In this document: positions 30,810 to 43,000 of the stretch, piece by piece
Layout of the letters: the number at the start of each line of letters is the position of its first letter
How positions within the stretch are numbered: the stretch's first letter is position 1
Origin: Opitutia bacterium
GTDB taxonomy: Bacteria > Verrucomicrobiota > Verrucomicrobiia > Opitutales > T3Sed10-336
Direction: 5' to 3'
NCBI GenBank assembly: GCA_050506795.1
Contig: JBJHCF010000034.1
Location: 1-57,670, forward strand
DNA length: 57,670 nt
Position numbers and translations under genes: made by a program
The notes under the pieces: generated by a model
Database searches by the model: none
What the model was told of the DNA's origin: nothing
What the model saw: the letters and a program-made list of their open reading frames with translations, nothing else

Positions 30810-30955
30810 GCCGGAAATAAGCCGATAAATCGCGTTTTTGGGAAAATTGATTCGGGACCCTCACCATTGGAGCCTTTCCGCTATATGGGTCTGTACGATC
30901 ACCTTCGGATCAGGCCAAGGCGCATTGCCCATCCTTCTGACTTGTCGAGGATCGT
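30810..30955 (+). promoter_or_regulatory. Conserved upstream element, copy A (putative promoter plus structured leader)
   Basis: Ungapped match to 43453-43598 and 47589-47734. Core TTCGGGACCCTCACYATTGGAGYCTTTCCGCTATAT..CTGTACG..ATCAGGCCARGGCGCATTGCCCA. Confidence 0.7.
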
Positions 30956-31024
30956 CTAGCAGCCTAAGTCCGACAGGCTGCCAGCCATGTCTGGCCATCC
31001 CAGAGAAAGAACAATCCAACCTAC

Positions 31025-32596
<1,572 letters not shown>

Positions 32597-32651
32597 ATAT
32601 TCACGCTGTTTCGCCTCCCGGAATTTTGGCCAAAATATTAAGATTCGTGTG

Positions 32652-34103
32652 ATGACTAAAATTCAAAGTTTTACGGCCATATTCTTTTTTCTGTCCTTAG
32701 GTGTAGTAAATGGAGAGATAAGGAACGGAGAGAGACCCAATATCATCGTGATTCACGTAGATGATCTGGGCTGGGCCGATCTGTCTGTTCAGGGAAGCAC
32801 GTTTTACGAAACGCCGCATGTCGACAGACTCGCGTCCGTGGGTATGCGCTTTACCGACGGTTACGCTTCCGCAGCCGTATGCTCGCCTACACGGGCAGCT
32901 CTTTTGACAGGCCGTTATCCCGCACGAGTGGGTATCACTGACTGGATCAGGGCGAGGTTTCAGGGAGGGGAGGTTCCTGAAGACGGGCAAAATCCCTCCG
33001 GCTATGAGGGCGGCTCCAATCGGCCCCTGCTAACACCGCGCAATCCTCTGTGGATGGAGCATGAGGAAGTGACTATCGCAGATATTCTGAAAGAAGCCGG
33101 CTACAAGAACGTGCATATCGGCAAGTGGCATCTTGGAAGTGAGAATTGGTATCCCGAAACGCAGGGATTTCACATCAACATTGGGGGCACGGATCTGGGG
33201 GAGCCGCCCTCCTTTTTCGATCCCTACTACAGGGAGGCAACCGGCTATATTCCAACTCTTGAGCCGAGAGAGGAGGGAGAATATTTGACCGATCGGGAAG
33301 CTTGGGAAGCGGCGAATTTTATCGATCAGCACCATGACCGACCTTTCTTCCTCCATTTGGCGCACTACGCGGTTCATACTCCCATCCAGGCAAAGGAGGA
33401 ACTGATCCAACGGTATAGAAATAAGCCGGGAACCTTTCAGAGCCATCGCGTTTATGCGGCAATGGTGCACAGTGTGGATGAGGCTCTGGGTACAATTGTA
33501 AAGAAACTGAAAGATTTGGGTATATATGAAAATACGCTTATCATCTTCACTTCTGATAATGGCGGATTGGACCGTCAGTGGGCGACCACAAACAAACCGT
33601 TCCGTTCTGGCAAGGGGTATCCCTATGAGGGTGGCCTGCGTGTGCCATTTATTGTAAGCTGGCCGGGCGTGATCCCCCAAGCTAAAGTATCCTATGAACC
33701 GGTACAAAGTATTGACATACTGCCGACCATTTTGGATGCGGCGGGCGTGCCCCTGCCTGATGGCCTTGTGATTGATGGGTTATCGCTTTGGGATCATCTG
33801 GTTTCGGGGGGAGAGGAGTCCCTTGGAAGGGATGAACTGATTTGGCATTTTCCGCACTACCGGCAGGGGCGAGACATTCCTCCCTACAGTATCATTCGAA
33901 GCAGGCATTGGAAATTAATTAAATGGTGGGAGGATGATCACTATGAGCTTTATAACCTTTTTGATGACATAGGAGAGACTACAGATTTGGCGATGGAGAA
34001 TCGTGACAGGGTTGAGGAACTATCTTCAAAACTGCAAGATAAACTTCATGAAATGAATGCCAGGATACCGATGCCCAATCCGGCTTATCAGGGTCAAAAT
34101 TGA
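32652..34103 (+). CDS. Sulfatase (S1 family, Cys-type), exported
   Basis: RPNIIVIHVDDLG, CSPTRAALLTG, GKWHLG, HYAVHTP, TSDNGG, WHFPHY. Confidence 0.95.
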   Translation: MTKIQSFTAIFFFLSLGVVNGEIRNGERPNIIVIHVDDLGWADLSVQGSTFYETPHVDRLASVGMRFTDGYASAAVCSPTRAALLTGRYPARVGITDWIRARFQGGEVPEDGQNPSGYEGGSNRPLLTPRNPLWMEHEEVTIADILKEAGYKNVHIGKWHLGSENWYPETQGFHINIGGTDLGEPPSFFDPYYREATGYIPTLEPREEGEYLTDREAWEAANFIDQHHDRPFFLHLAHYAVHTPIQAKEELIQRYRNKPGTFQSHRVYAAMVHSVDEALGTIVKKLKDLGIYENTLIIFTSDNGGLDRQWATTNKPFRSGKGYPYEGGLRVPFIVSWPGVIPQAKVSYEPVQSIDILPTILDAAGVPLPDGLVIDGLSLWDHLVSGGEESLGRDELIWHFPHYRQGRDIPPYSIIRSRHWKLIKWWEDDHYELYNLFDDIGETTDLAMENRDRVEELSSKLQDKLHEMNARIPMPNPAYQGQN

Positions 34104-34153
34104 ATCGGCGAACTGTGGTGGGGATTCAGACGGGATTTTTTCCCACACTGGTA

Positions 34154-34285
34154 AAGACCGACTACAACATTGGTGGGCGTCCCGACAGGCAGGCTTGGCA
34201 TGACGGGCGCGGTTGGCGCGATCGCACCGAGGGGCAACCGTTTTTCCATGTCAATCATTTCTGGCAAAGCCACGAAAGCCGAGCG
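34154..34285 (+). pseudogene. Internal fragment of a sulfatase
   Basis: KTDYNIGGR..WRDRTEGQPFF..SHES resembles the KTDYN/QPFF/HES segment of one sulfatase subgroup. No N- or C-terminus. Confidence 0.6.
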
Positions 34286-34423
34286 CGCAGGCGATCAGGC
34301 TGGAGATTGGCGTAAACGCCAGATTGGTAACAGCCTTTTTCATAATCTTAGCGCACCAAAATTGCGAAAAATGCGTTTCGGTGAGACTCGGCGACACCGA
34401 ACCGAAGAATTTCGCTATTTAAT

Positions 34424-35128
34424 ATGAAGTGGCGATGGTGTCCTGCTTCGAATTCTTACGGAATAATCGTGACAGGCAGAACAATAATGTGCGTAGTTGA
34501 GCAAGGTCTTCCCGTTGCGGGAGATGCGAGGCAGTTTGATCAAGAACAGAAATCCTCCCGTTACGCCGTGAGATCCGAGCTGAGCCAAGACGAATTTGAA
34601 GTTCTATTAAAGCGTTATCAGGAGGCTATTTATGCTTATATATTGACCTTGTTTCCCGACCGTTTTGCCGCGGACGACGTCATGCAAGAGGCAGTGATCG
34701 TAATGTGGCGTAAACTGGCCGAGTTTAAACCGGGGACGAATTTCAAAGCCTGGGCGTTCCGCATCGCCTACTGGCAGACCAAGGCGCATCTAAAGCGAGT
34801 CGAGAGGGCGGGCTTGATCGGCCTGGAACCGGAAGTGCTGGATGTTTTGGCGTTGGAATCCGCTGGTGAGATGGAATCCCTTGAAGAGGTGCGGTTCGCA
34901 TTAAGAAAGTGTGTCGAGTCCTTGCCCAAGTCGGACGCAGTGATCATCGAAGGTTACTACCTGCAGGAACAGTCGATTAAGGAGGTCTCGAGCCAAACCG
35001 GCCGGAGCAGCGATGCGATCAAACATGTCCTGATGCGAGTCAGAAGGAAACTAAGGAAATGTGTGGAACAGCGTTTACGATATCCGAGCGGCGAAAGCTC
35101 GAAAGCCGCGGGAGGTGAAAAACTATGA
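34424..35128 (+). CDS. ECF sigma-70 factor, Rhodopirellula/Verrucomicrobium type
   Basis: IYAYILTL..ADDVMQEA..MWRKLAEFKPGTNFKAWAFRIA and region 4 LMRVRRKLRKCVE. True start probably downstream of 34424. Confidence 0.93.
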   Translation: MKWRWCPASNSYGIIVTGRTIMCVVEQGLPVAGDARQFDQEQKSSRYAVRSELSQDEFEVLLKRYQEAIYAYILTLFPDRFAADDVMQEAVIVMWRKLAEFKPGTNFKAWAFRIAYWQTKAHLKRVERAGLIGLEPEVLDVLALESAGEMESLEEVRFALRKCVESLPKSDAVIIEGYYLQEQSIKEVSSQTGRSSDAIKHVLMRVRRKLRKCVEQRLRYPSGESSKAAGGEKL

Positions 35129-36705
35129 GTGGAATCCAATTTAACGGCTCTAACAGGAAGCTAAGTTTCGACGGTGCGTTGGAATCGCTGCGCAATCGAA
35201 CGTTGACTGATGAGGAAAGGCGCTTTCTAGCGAAGGAGATCGGTTCGGACGTAAGAAAACGACTGGCTTACATTCGGGCTATCGCCATGGATGCGTTGTT
35301 GTTTTCGAATTTATCGGGGGCCAAGAATCGAAGAGATTCGGCATCGCCCGCCGCGGGCTCCGATTCCCGTCTGGACCGTATTGTCGCCGAGGCACGGACT
35401 GCCTTTATGGAGGGGGCTTTCTGGGAGCAGTACTGGCAGCAGGGAAAAGAGAATGAGTCGATGAGCGAAGCCTCGGGCCAAGGGGTGCTTGCGCCGGTCA
35501 TGGTTACCCGGCTAAGCGGCACCGGTCTCATGCTGAACGGAAATCCGGTGGATTGCGGAACGCGGTTGACTCCGGGCTTGATCGAGTTGAACGAAGGTGC
35601 GGTCGATATTACCTTTGATTCGGGTGCTGTGGTCCTGCTTTCCGGTCCGGGAAGCATGCGCGTGGAATCGGAGTATCGCGCCAGTTTGATTTCCGGTTCG
35701 ATTACGGTTTGCGTCCCCGAGCAGGCAAGGGGCTTTTTCATGCTGACTCCGAATTCTTTCATTCGCGATATGGGCACCTCTTTCTCGGTAAGAGTGCGTG
35801 AGCAATTCGTTACGGAAATTCACGTGTTGGAAGGGCTGGTGGAAGCCGCGTCATCGCTACCGGACTACAACAATGCCGTATGGCGGGTCGAAGCGAAGAA
35901 GGCATTGATGTTGGGGCCGAAAGGCGCGAGCAGCATTCCCTTTATTTCCCCCGGGGCCATGCCCCTGGCCCATCCGGCGGCTTCCTCGAAGCCCGTGCGC
36001 TTTACCTTTGAGAAATGGGAGGACAATTGCACCGTTTCAAGTTCCGGGCACGTCCTGAACCTGTACCGGGGGCGAAGGCCCGCCCGTCCGGAATTGGTCG
36101 ATGGTTTGGTTGGGAAGGCGTTACGTTTCGACGGTCGTGAGTTATATGGGCGTACCGACTTTAAGGGAGTGGGCGGCAATCAGCCGAGAACTGTTTCATT
36201 CTGGATCCGCTTGCAGCCCGATTTGCCCGCTGAACACGATACTCCGAATGGTATTGTCGCCTGGGGCGTCAGGAATGCCGCCCAGGCGTGGCAGGTCTGC
36301 TGGAACACCCGCCGTATTGACGGCACAATAGGGGCCTTGCGCGTGGAATTCGGCGAAGGATTCGTTATTGGCGCCACCGATTTACGGGATGGACGTTGGC
36401 ATCACGTTGCTGTGGTTTTTGTCGGCGGCGAGGTATTTGATGTGGCCACTCAGGTGCGCATTTACCTTGATGGCCGGCTGGAGACTCCTTCCGGCCGCTT
36501 GCAGCAATCGATCGAGACGGATACCACATCCGGAGAGGCGCATCGGATGATTATCGGGCGGTATCTTGGAAAAGGGCCTCGCTGGGGATCGTTTTTTCTT
36601 AAAGGAGAACTGGCCGATGTTCGGGTCTACGAATGTGCACTTCTGCCTTCACAGGTTGTTGATAGCATCGGAGATGCACTGCTCAGTGAAGATCCGTCCA
36701 CGTGA
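35125..36705 (+). CDS. FecR-like anti-sigma factor with C-terminal LamG-like domain
   Basis: Coupled to the sigma (ATGA). FDSGAVVLLSGPG, IRDMGTSFSV, IHVLEGLVE. LamG motifs GKALRFDG, RTVSFWI, DGRWHHVAVV. Confidence 0.88.
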   Translation: MSGIQFNGSNRKLSFDGALESLRNRTLTDEERRFLAKEIGSDVRKRLAYIRAIAMDALLFSNLSGAKNRRDSASPAAGSDSRLDRIVAEARTAFMEGAFWEQYWQQGKENESMSEASGQGVLAPVMVTRLSGTGLMLNGNPVDCGTRLTPGLIELNEGAVDITFDSGAVVLLSGPGSMRVESEYRASLISGSITVCVPEQARGFFMLTPNSFIRDMGTSFSVRVREQFVTEIHVLEGLVEAASSLPDYNNAVWRVEAKKALMLGPKGASSIPFISPGAMPLAHPAASSKPVRFTFEKWEDNCTVSSSGHVLNLYRGRRPARPELVDGLVGKALRFDGRELYGRTDFKGVGGNQPRTVSFWIRLQPDLPAEHDTPNGIVAWGVRNAAQAWQVCWNTRRIDGTIGALRVEFGEGFVIGATDLRDGRWHHVAVVFVGGEVFDVATQVRIYLDGRLETPSGRLQQSIETDTTSGEAHRMIIGRYLGKGPRWGSFFLKGELADVRVYECALLPSQVVDSIGDALLSEDPST

Positions 36706-36921
36706 GGCAATGGGCGATCGTTTACCTCATGGCGTGCGGTAGATGTCGCAATTCCCGAAAAAAAACGCATGCCGGTGACACCATACGCATGCCTCGGGCT
36801 ATTGGTCAGTAGGTCGTGATTTGAATCCGGCCATTTCACCGTTTTTCCGGAGTGTAAGATCCTATTCTGTCAGTAGATTCTTCGGAATAATCCCTGCCAA
36901 CAACACCGAAATCTTAAGTCC

Positions 36922-37038
36922 ATGACAAATCGAAGGTTAGCCATTGAATCCGGAAGAGTTTAAGGTTTTGCCTCGATTGAACTGCTGACCGTAATTGCCG
37001 TTACCGGAATGCAAGTTGTCGGCCAAATGGAGATTTGA
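36922..37038 (+). pseudogene. Decayed prepilin N-terminal fragment
   Basis: MTNRRLAIESGRV*GFASIELLTVIAVTG: an internal TAA, and a near copy of the FTLIELLTVIAII start of the next gene. Confidence 0.65.
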
Positions 37039-37059
37039 GAACGCCTAAATACCAAGAAT

Positions 37060-37755
37060 ATGAATATTAAAACAAAATCCGCTTTTACGCTGATCGAACT
37101 GCTAACGGTAATCGCCATCATTGCGATTCTGGCCTCAATTTTGATCCCAGTGGTTAGCAGCGTCCGCGCCAGCGCTCGCGCCGCGGTGTGTGTTTCCAAT
37201 CTGCGTCAAATGCATATGGGATTCATGCTATACGCGGAGGACAACAATGGAAGGTTGCCGTACGGAAACAACATTAACGTAATTCCTTTTACCGATGGCC
37301 TACAGAATGTCCGTTGGAACGGCGCCATTTTCCCTTATATAATTGATATTCGCAATATGACGAGTGCTCAGCGGGCGCCGTACCTGTGGGACTTCAGTCC
37401 GAACGTGGCGACTGTGTTCAATTGTCCTGAGACGGGGCCGGATCACACCGGATACAATTACAAAGCGAACCTGCGGGTGACCCCGCAGGGGGTGAGGCGG
37501 ATCATTTCAATGTTTGAAAGCAGTGTGGTCCTTGTCGCCGATGGTGGAGGCGGTGGAGGTCCGGCGAACGACTTTAAGATCAACCCGTCGACGGAAAGGG
37601 ACCTGAATGCCGAAAACGCTTTGAGCTTCAGGCACAACGGGCAGGTGAATGTTGTTTTTATGGGGGGGAATGTGGAAAGGTTCTCAGAAGGCGAACTTCC
37701 TTCCGCTTCTGCCGATCGGGACAGAGAAGTATCCCTTTGGGGACCGCCATTGTGA
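37060..37755 (+). CDS. Prepilin-type N-methylation protein with DUF1559-like body and H-X9-DG-type C-terminal motif (here H-X9-GG)
   Basis: AFTLIELLTVIAIIAILASILIPVV..CVSNLRQ..YAEDNNGRLP, FNCP, RHNGQVNVVFMGGNV. Confidence 0.93.
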   Translation: MNIKTKSAFTLIELLTVIAIIAILASILIPVVSSVRASARAAVCVSNLRQMHMGFMLYAEDNNGRLPYGNNINVIPFTDGLQNVRWNGAIFPYIIDIRNMTSAQRAPYLWDFSPNVATVFNCPETGPDHTGYNYKANLRVTPQGVRRIISMFESSVVLVADGGGGGGPANDFKINPSTERDLNAENALSFRHNGQVNVVFMGGNVERFSEGELPSASADRDREVSLWGPPL

Positions 37756-37870
37756 ATAGCGGCGGTGGTTCTTTTGAGACCGCTTGCCGCAGAGAGCGGG
37801 CGAAAGCCGAATCTCTGAGGTATTGAGTCCCAAATCCACAAGTATCAATAAGCCGAGAGAGACGAAACGT

Positions 37871-37975
37871 ATGGCATCCGAGACCTCCGATTCCGTGAAC
37901 TTCGACACCGTAACCTGCGACCTTTCGCCGCGACGATCTATTTTCCTGCGCATGTGGGTCGACGTGAACGAATAG
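37871..37975 (+). pseudogene. Orphan tail resembling the shared C-terminal domain of exported proteins
   Basis: DTVTCDLSPRRSIFLRMWVDVNE* resembles the ends RFLRLRV, GFMRLKI and IFIRLTG of other proteins in this window. Confidence 0.35.
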
Positions 37976-38082
37976 AAATCCTTTAAACCCGTTCCGGATC
38001 GACGTACGGCTTTAGTCGACGCGTACGCTCCGGAACGGCTTTCCCCATTTCCCGGGAAGTCGGACCATACCGAAGATGGATT

Positions 38083-38337
38083 TTGAAAGTGCCGGTACGA
38101 ATGCGGGCGGCGGAAACGCTCGGTGTGTTCGGCGTGGAGGATCCAATGCCTATCCTTTATGAGGCTTTGGCGATGTCGAAGAACCAATCGAATGCGTTGT
38201 TGGCGCTCAATACAATGGCCTTCCTAAGGGATGTTTTGGGGTTCGGGATGGATTCGGAACGGATCGTTCCTCCGGAAGGCATTGGACGAAAAAAGATCGA
38301 CAGGCGCTTGCAACATCTGGTTGCCGGATCGCAGTGA
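38083..38337 (+). pseudogene. C-terminal helical (HEAT-like) fragment, probably from a sulfatase
   Basis: VRMRAAETLG..EDPMPILYEAL..ALLALNTMAFLRD resembles tails of PVC sulfatases. Weak TTG start, no RBS. Confidence 0.45.
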
Positions 38338-38392
38338 TCGGTCCGAACAGAATTTTGGGTAGAGAAGCTCTGTGGACAGCAATAACCGAATT

Positions 38393-39868
38393 ATGACTAA
38401 ATCAGACTTGTTAAAACGAGGCATGGAACTAAGCAAGGCGTCAAGAGCTTGGCTAACGGCGGCGGCGGTGGCGCCTTTGCTGGCGACATCGGGTTTCGCC
38501 GAGCGACCGCCCAATATCGTCTTTATCATGGTCGACGACATGGGTTGGGCCGATATCGGTGTCTACGGTTCCGAAGTGACCGAAACGCCGAATTTGGACC
38601 GGCTGGCGGAGAACGGGATGATGTTCACGGACGCCTATGCCGGTTCCGCTCTTTGCGCTCCCGCGCGCAGCACTTTGCTGACCGGACTTCATACCGGCCG
38701 AACTCCGGTGCGGGGGAATCTTGGGGGAACTCCGATTCCGGCGGACACGGTGACATTTGCCGATGTGATGCAAAACGCGGGTTACACGGTCGGAGGATTC
38801 GGCAAGTGGGGAATTGGCGAAATCGAAACGGAGGGGGTTCCGGAAAAGCACGGATTCGACGTGTTCTTTGGCTATTACCACCAGGTTCACGCCCACAATT
38901 TCTATCCCACGCATCTTTACCGCAACAGTGAACGAATCGATCTGCCGGGCAACGCGGGGTTCGACCCGGGGCCGGCGGGCGGTGTGTCCCACGAACCTCG
39001 CAACGGTCAGGAACCGCAAAACACTCATTACGAGATCTTCGATGAAACGGTGGCGTTCATTCGGGACAACAAGGATCGTCCCTTTGTTTGCTACGCACCC
39101 TGGACGCCGCCCCATTTCCGCTACCACATTCCGGAACACGATCCAGCCTGGGAGCTCTACAAAGACAAGGACTGGCCGATAAACGCTCGCGTACATGCCG
39201 CCATGAACACCATGGTGGACCGGCACACCGGAGAAATCGTCGAACTCCTGGAGGAACTGGGAATCGCCGAAAACACGTTGCTTGTCTTCACTTCGGACAA
39301 CGGAGCGGCGAACCGGTGGGAAGGGTCTCTCAATAGCTCGGGACCGCTACGGGGGCGAAAGATGAGTCTTTACGAAGGCGGTCTTCGCGTCCCGTTTATC
39401 GCCTATTGGCCCGGGACGATCGAACCCGGGCAGGTGACCGATCATCAGACCTATTTTCCGGATATGTTGCCGACGTTCGCCGAATTGGGCGGGGCTGTCC
39501 GCTATGTGCCAGACGATTTGGACGGGATATCGATCGTGCCGGTATTGCTGGGGGCGGAAAGGGCCGGACGCGAGCCGGAGGTCCATCCCTTTCTCTATTT
39601 TGAGAACGCGACCAACGATTACGCCAACGGCCGCTACCTTTGGCCGGAGACACTCACTCAGGCGGCACGAAAGGGGAACTGGAAGGCTTATCGCGAAGAA
39701 CCCGAGGCAGACATCGAATTGTATGATCTAAGCCAGGACATCGGTGAGGAGAATGATGTGGCCGCTGAGCACCCCGACTTGATCGAGATCTTCACCCGGA
39801 TCTTCAAAGAGGAAAGCCGTCCGCTTGCTATCGACCAGAATTACAATCCCCAACACTTCGACAATTAA
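38393..39868 (+). CDS. Arylsulfatase (S1 family, Cys-type), exported
   Basis: PPNIVFIMVDDMG, CAPARSTLLTGLHTG, FGKWGIG, HAHNFYP, TSDNG. Alternative start 38423. Confidence 0.95.
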   Translation: MTKSDLLKRGMELSKASRAWLTAAAVAPLLATSGFAERPPNIVFIMVDDMGWADIGVYGSEVTETPNLDRLAENGMMFTDAYAGSALCAPARSTLLTGLHTGRTPVRGNLGGTPIPADTVTFADVMQNAGYTVGGFGKWGIGEIETEGVPEKHGFDVFFGYYHQVHAHNFYPTHLYRNSERIDLPGNAGFDPGPAGGVSHEPRNGQEPQNTHYEIFDETVAFIRDNKDRPFVCYAPWTPPHFRYHIPEHDPAWELYKDKDWPINARVHAAMNTMVDRHTGEIVELLEELGIAENTLLVFTSDNGAANRWEGSLNSSGPLRGRKMSLYEGGLRVPFIAYWPGTIEPGQVTDHQTYFPDMLPTFAELGGAVRYVPDDLDGISIVPVLLGAERAGREPEVHPFLYFENATNDYANGRYLWPETLTQAARKGNWKAYREEPEADIELYDLSQDIGEENDVAAEHPDLIEIFTRIFKEESRPLAIDQNYNPQHFDN

Positions 39869-39899
39869 GGGCGGCCCAGCCTTTTTTGGTCGCTGGTCG

Positions 39900-40001
39900 C
39901 GAGTGGCACTAACTCAAGCACGGGTAGAAGCGCCATCCAGGCGCTTAAAAGCGGCTGGAAACCGCTTCCACACGGTCTAGTCCATAAGTTAGTGCCATTC
40001 G
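39900..40001. mobile_element. MITE-like element: 15-bp inverted ends enclosing a REP doublet
   Basis: CGAGTGGCACTAACT / AGTTAGTGCCATTCG (1 mismatch). Inside: GTAG-AAGCGCC-ATCCA-GGCGCTT and AAGCGG-CTGGAAA-CCGCTT-CCAC. Lies between convergent genes. Confidence 0.65.
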
Positions 40002-40020
40002 GCTTACCGCGAACGGATAT

Positions 40021-43000
40021 TTATTCTGTGGTGAGCGGCAGTGAGATGTTTACCCGGCCGAAGGCTTTGTAGGCTTTGGGGTCTAAGTGTTCCCGGACGA
40101 TCGCTCGATCCCAATCGGAATTCACGGAGACGACTTCGGGTGTGGCGATCGTGGGTGAAAAAGATCCGGGACTCAATGAAGTGGCGATTTGCGACTGGTA
40201 GACGAGACCGCTGTTCCTCAGCCGAAGGTACTCGATGATGAGAAATCGTTTTGAATCTTCTTCATAAATATCGATGGCGGGGAGCCCTGAAGCTTCCTCG
40301 CCGCCAATAGTCAGTCTGCGGAAATCCGGGGCGCCCAGGTCCATATTGAAGGCGTACTTGGTGAGATTGGAGCTTCCGTCGCCGAACGGAATGGCTTGCA
40401 CGGAAGCCGCTTCCCCGCTCAATCCGGCATCTTTCATGGCCCCCTCAATCCGCGAGCTTTCGGACACGACGGTCACTGTGCCCGCGGACTCCAAGTCGCT
40501 GAAATCCCAGGCCAGTCCGGCTTCCAGATCGAAAGCATCGATCTGTTGGAAGCTTCCGCTTGCAGCGCCCTCCGAAGCGATGATTTGGAAGCTCATTCCT
40601 TCCCTGGGCTGGAAATCATTGGCGCGACGCAGCTCCAAAACACCATGCAACTCGATGGCGCCGGATACCTCCAGGCTGCTGTACTCACCGATTTCGTCTC
40701 CCCCGATTTCAATGCTGAGCACGGCGTCCTCGGATTGCCGATACGAACCGTCGATGGAAAGCGTTCCGAACGGACTTCCGAATTCGTTTGGCGCGGTCAC
40801 AAAAGCGGCCCTGACGGCGGCGCCGTTGAAGTGGGTGTTGCCATTCTCCGTGCCGGCGTTCCAGCCGTAGATGCGTACCTCCACGGCACGATCGATCGGT
40901 TCGGCTTCGGGGATTTCCACGACGAAACGGTGCTGGTTGCCGATGCCCGCGTCCGTGACACGTAACGTGCCCAACTCGGCTCCGGCCTCGAAGCCGCCTT
41001 CGCTGGTGAGGATGGCGAAGTCGGTGGCGGCGTTCGGACCGTTGCGCCAGAGATTGACCTCGATGCTATCGAGGATCATGGCCGTACCGGGAACCGGGGC
41101 GATGGTGAAGCTCAGGTAGTTTTGGTTGGCGATGGTTTTGGCCAGGCTGGCGTTGTCGTGACCCATGACATTGAACTCGTCGCCGACGTCGGCGCCGTTG
41201 CGCGGGGACACACCCAGACCGAAGTCGAAACCGGCCAGCAAGTCCAGGTACTCGCTGATGGTTTCGGTATGAGTCATCGGTGCTTCGTCCTGGCCCTGGA
41301 AATCGAAGACGATCGCGGGGACCGTGCCGGTGTCCACGTCTGGAAATGGTTCAGGCGCTCCGGGCAGTTCGTCCGGGCGTCCGGGGGCGATCGTTCCGGC
41401 ATTGTAAAGGTCGCCGTAAACGGTGCCGCGGCCGGTGAGTTCGCCGCCGGCATCGATTTCGATCCAGCGCCGTGAGCGCAACAGCGCGCCTTCAAGGTGA
41501 AGGTGGCCGTTTTTCGCGATGCGCACCTCGTTTCGACCTTTCAGGGTGGCGGTGGGTTCGAGCAGAAGGGTTTGGCGGGCGAGTTTGCCGCGCACTTCCA
41601 GCCCTAGAAGATTCAGTACGCCCCGGACGTGGGCCAGGGCTTCATGCTCGCCGGCGTTGACCATGGACGCCGACCACAGGGGACCGGGAGACCTCGACAA
41701 GGACCAGTTTTCGGGCGCGCCGAAGAGATCGCCGTCGCCGCCCTGCCACTCTACGTACTCCACAGCGAAGCCGTCGGGCTGGGCGACGCCTTCGGCCAGG
41801 GCCAGGATTTCGAGTTCTTCATATAAATTGCCATGGGTGTGAGGGTCCAACGGAGCGCTTTCCCCTCTGTCGACGGCGAGGTGGTAGACCTCGCGGCTGC
41901 CGTCGCGGAAGGCGATGAGTTTGTGGTCGCCGCGAAGGATGCTCCAATGGGCGCTGCGAGAGATTGGATCGGGGCCAGGGCCGGAGTGGCCGTCGTGTTC
42001 GAAAACCAGATAATCGCGCTGGCGCTGATGCCCCTTGCCGGTGAGGGTGGGCACGATGGAAACCCCGTCCATGCCGGCCGGACCACGGGTGCCAGCCAGT
42101 TCGGCGGCGGTGGGAAAGAAATCGGCCAAATCGGTGATGAAGGAGGTGTAAGAACCCGGCTCGACGTATCCGTCCCAGCGGACGATCAGCGGAACGCGGA
42201 CGCCGCCCTCCCACAGGTCGCGTTTGCCGCCCCGCAGACCGCCGGTGGCGTCGAGTTGGAGAATACCTTGCAGACCGACGCCGTCTTCAGGCGAAGGGCC
42301 GTTGTCGACCGTGAAGATGACGATGGTGTTCTCAAAAAGGTTGGGGCCTTGGCCGTCGCCGAAAGGATCTTCCATGCGGCGGAAGAGCGCGCCGATGCTG
42401 GCGTCCATGCGAGTGATCATGGCTGCGTGTTTTTTCGCCTTTTCCGAAAGGCCGGGGTGATCGGCGTAGATGCCGAGTCCGGCCGGGCCGATGATGTTGC
42501 CTTCCAAGTCGCGCAGGGGACCGGTTGCGGCGATGGCGTCGACGTCGAAATGGGGGATCAAGTGGTTGAGTTGAAGGTAGAAGGGTTCCTCCCTTTCCGC
42601 GTGATCGATGATGAACTGTTCGGCGCGCGCGGCGATTAGATCCATGGTATAGGCGGCGTGGGGATTGTCCGGCGTGTTGCCGGTTCTCTCCAGCCAGAGC
42701 CCGTGATCGGGCTCGTTGCGGTATTTGAGTCGGGCGGGCGGCTCGGTGGTGGTCCAAAGAGAGTCGACCTGGTAAGAGTGCGCGCGCCCGTGACTGATGT
42801 AGCCGTAGAGGTAGTCGTAGCCCTGGTTTTGGGGGAGGGTGGCGGGTCTTTGCACGAAAGGGTTGGCGCGGAGCGGGCCGCTTTGGCCTTGGCCGCCGCC
42901 GAAGCCCCACTTGCCCAATACGGCGGTGGTGTACCCGGCGTCGCGCAGGACTTCGGCGACGGTGACATCCTGCGTGCGGAATCCATGTCCGATATTGGCG

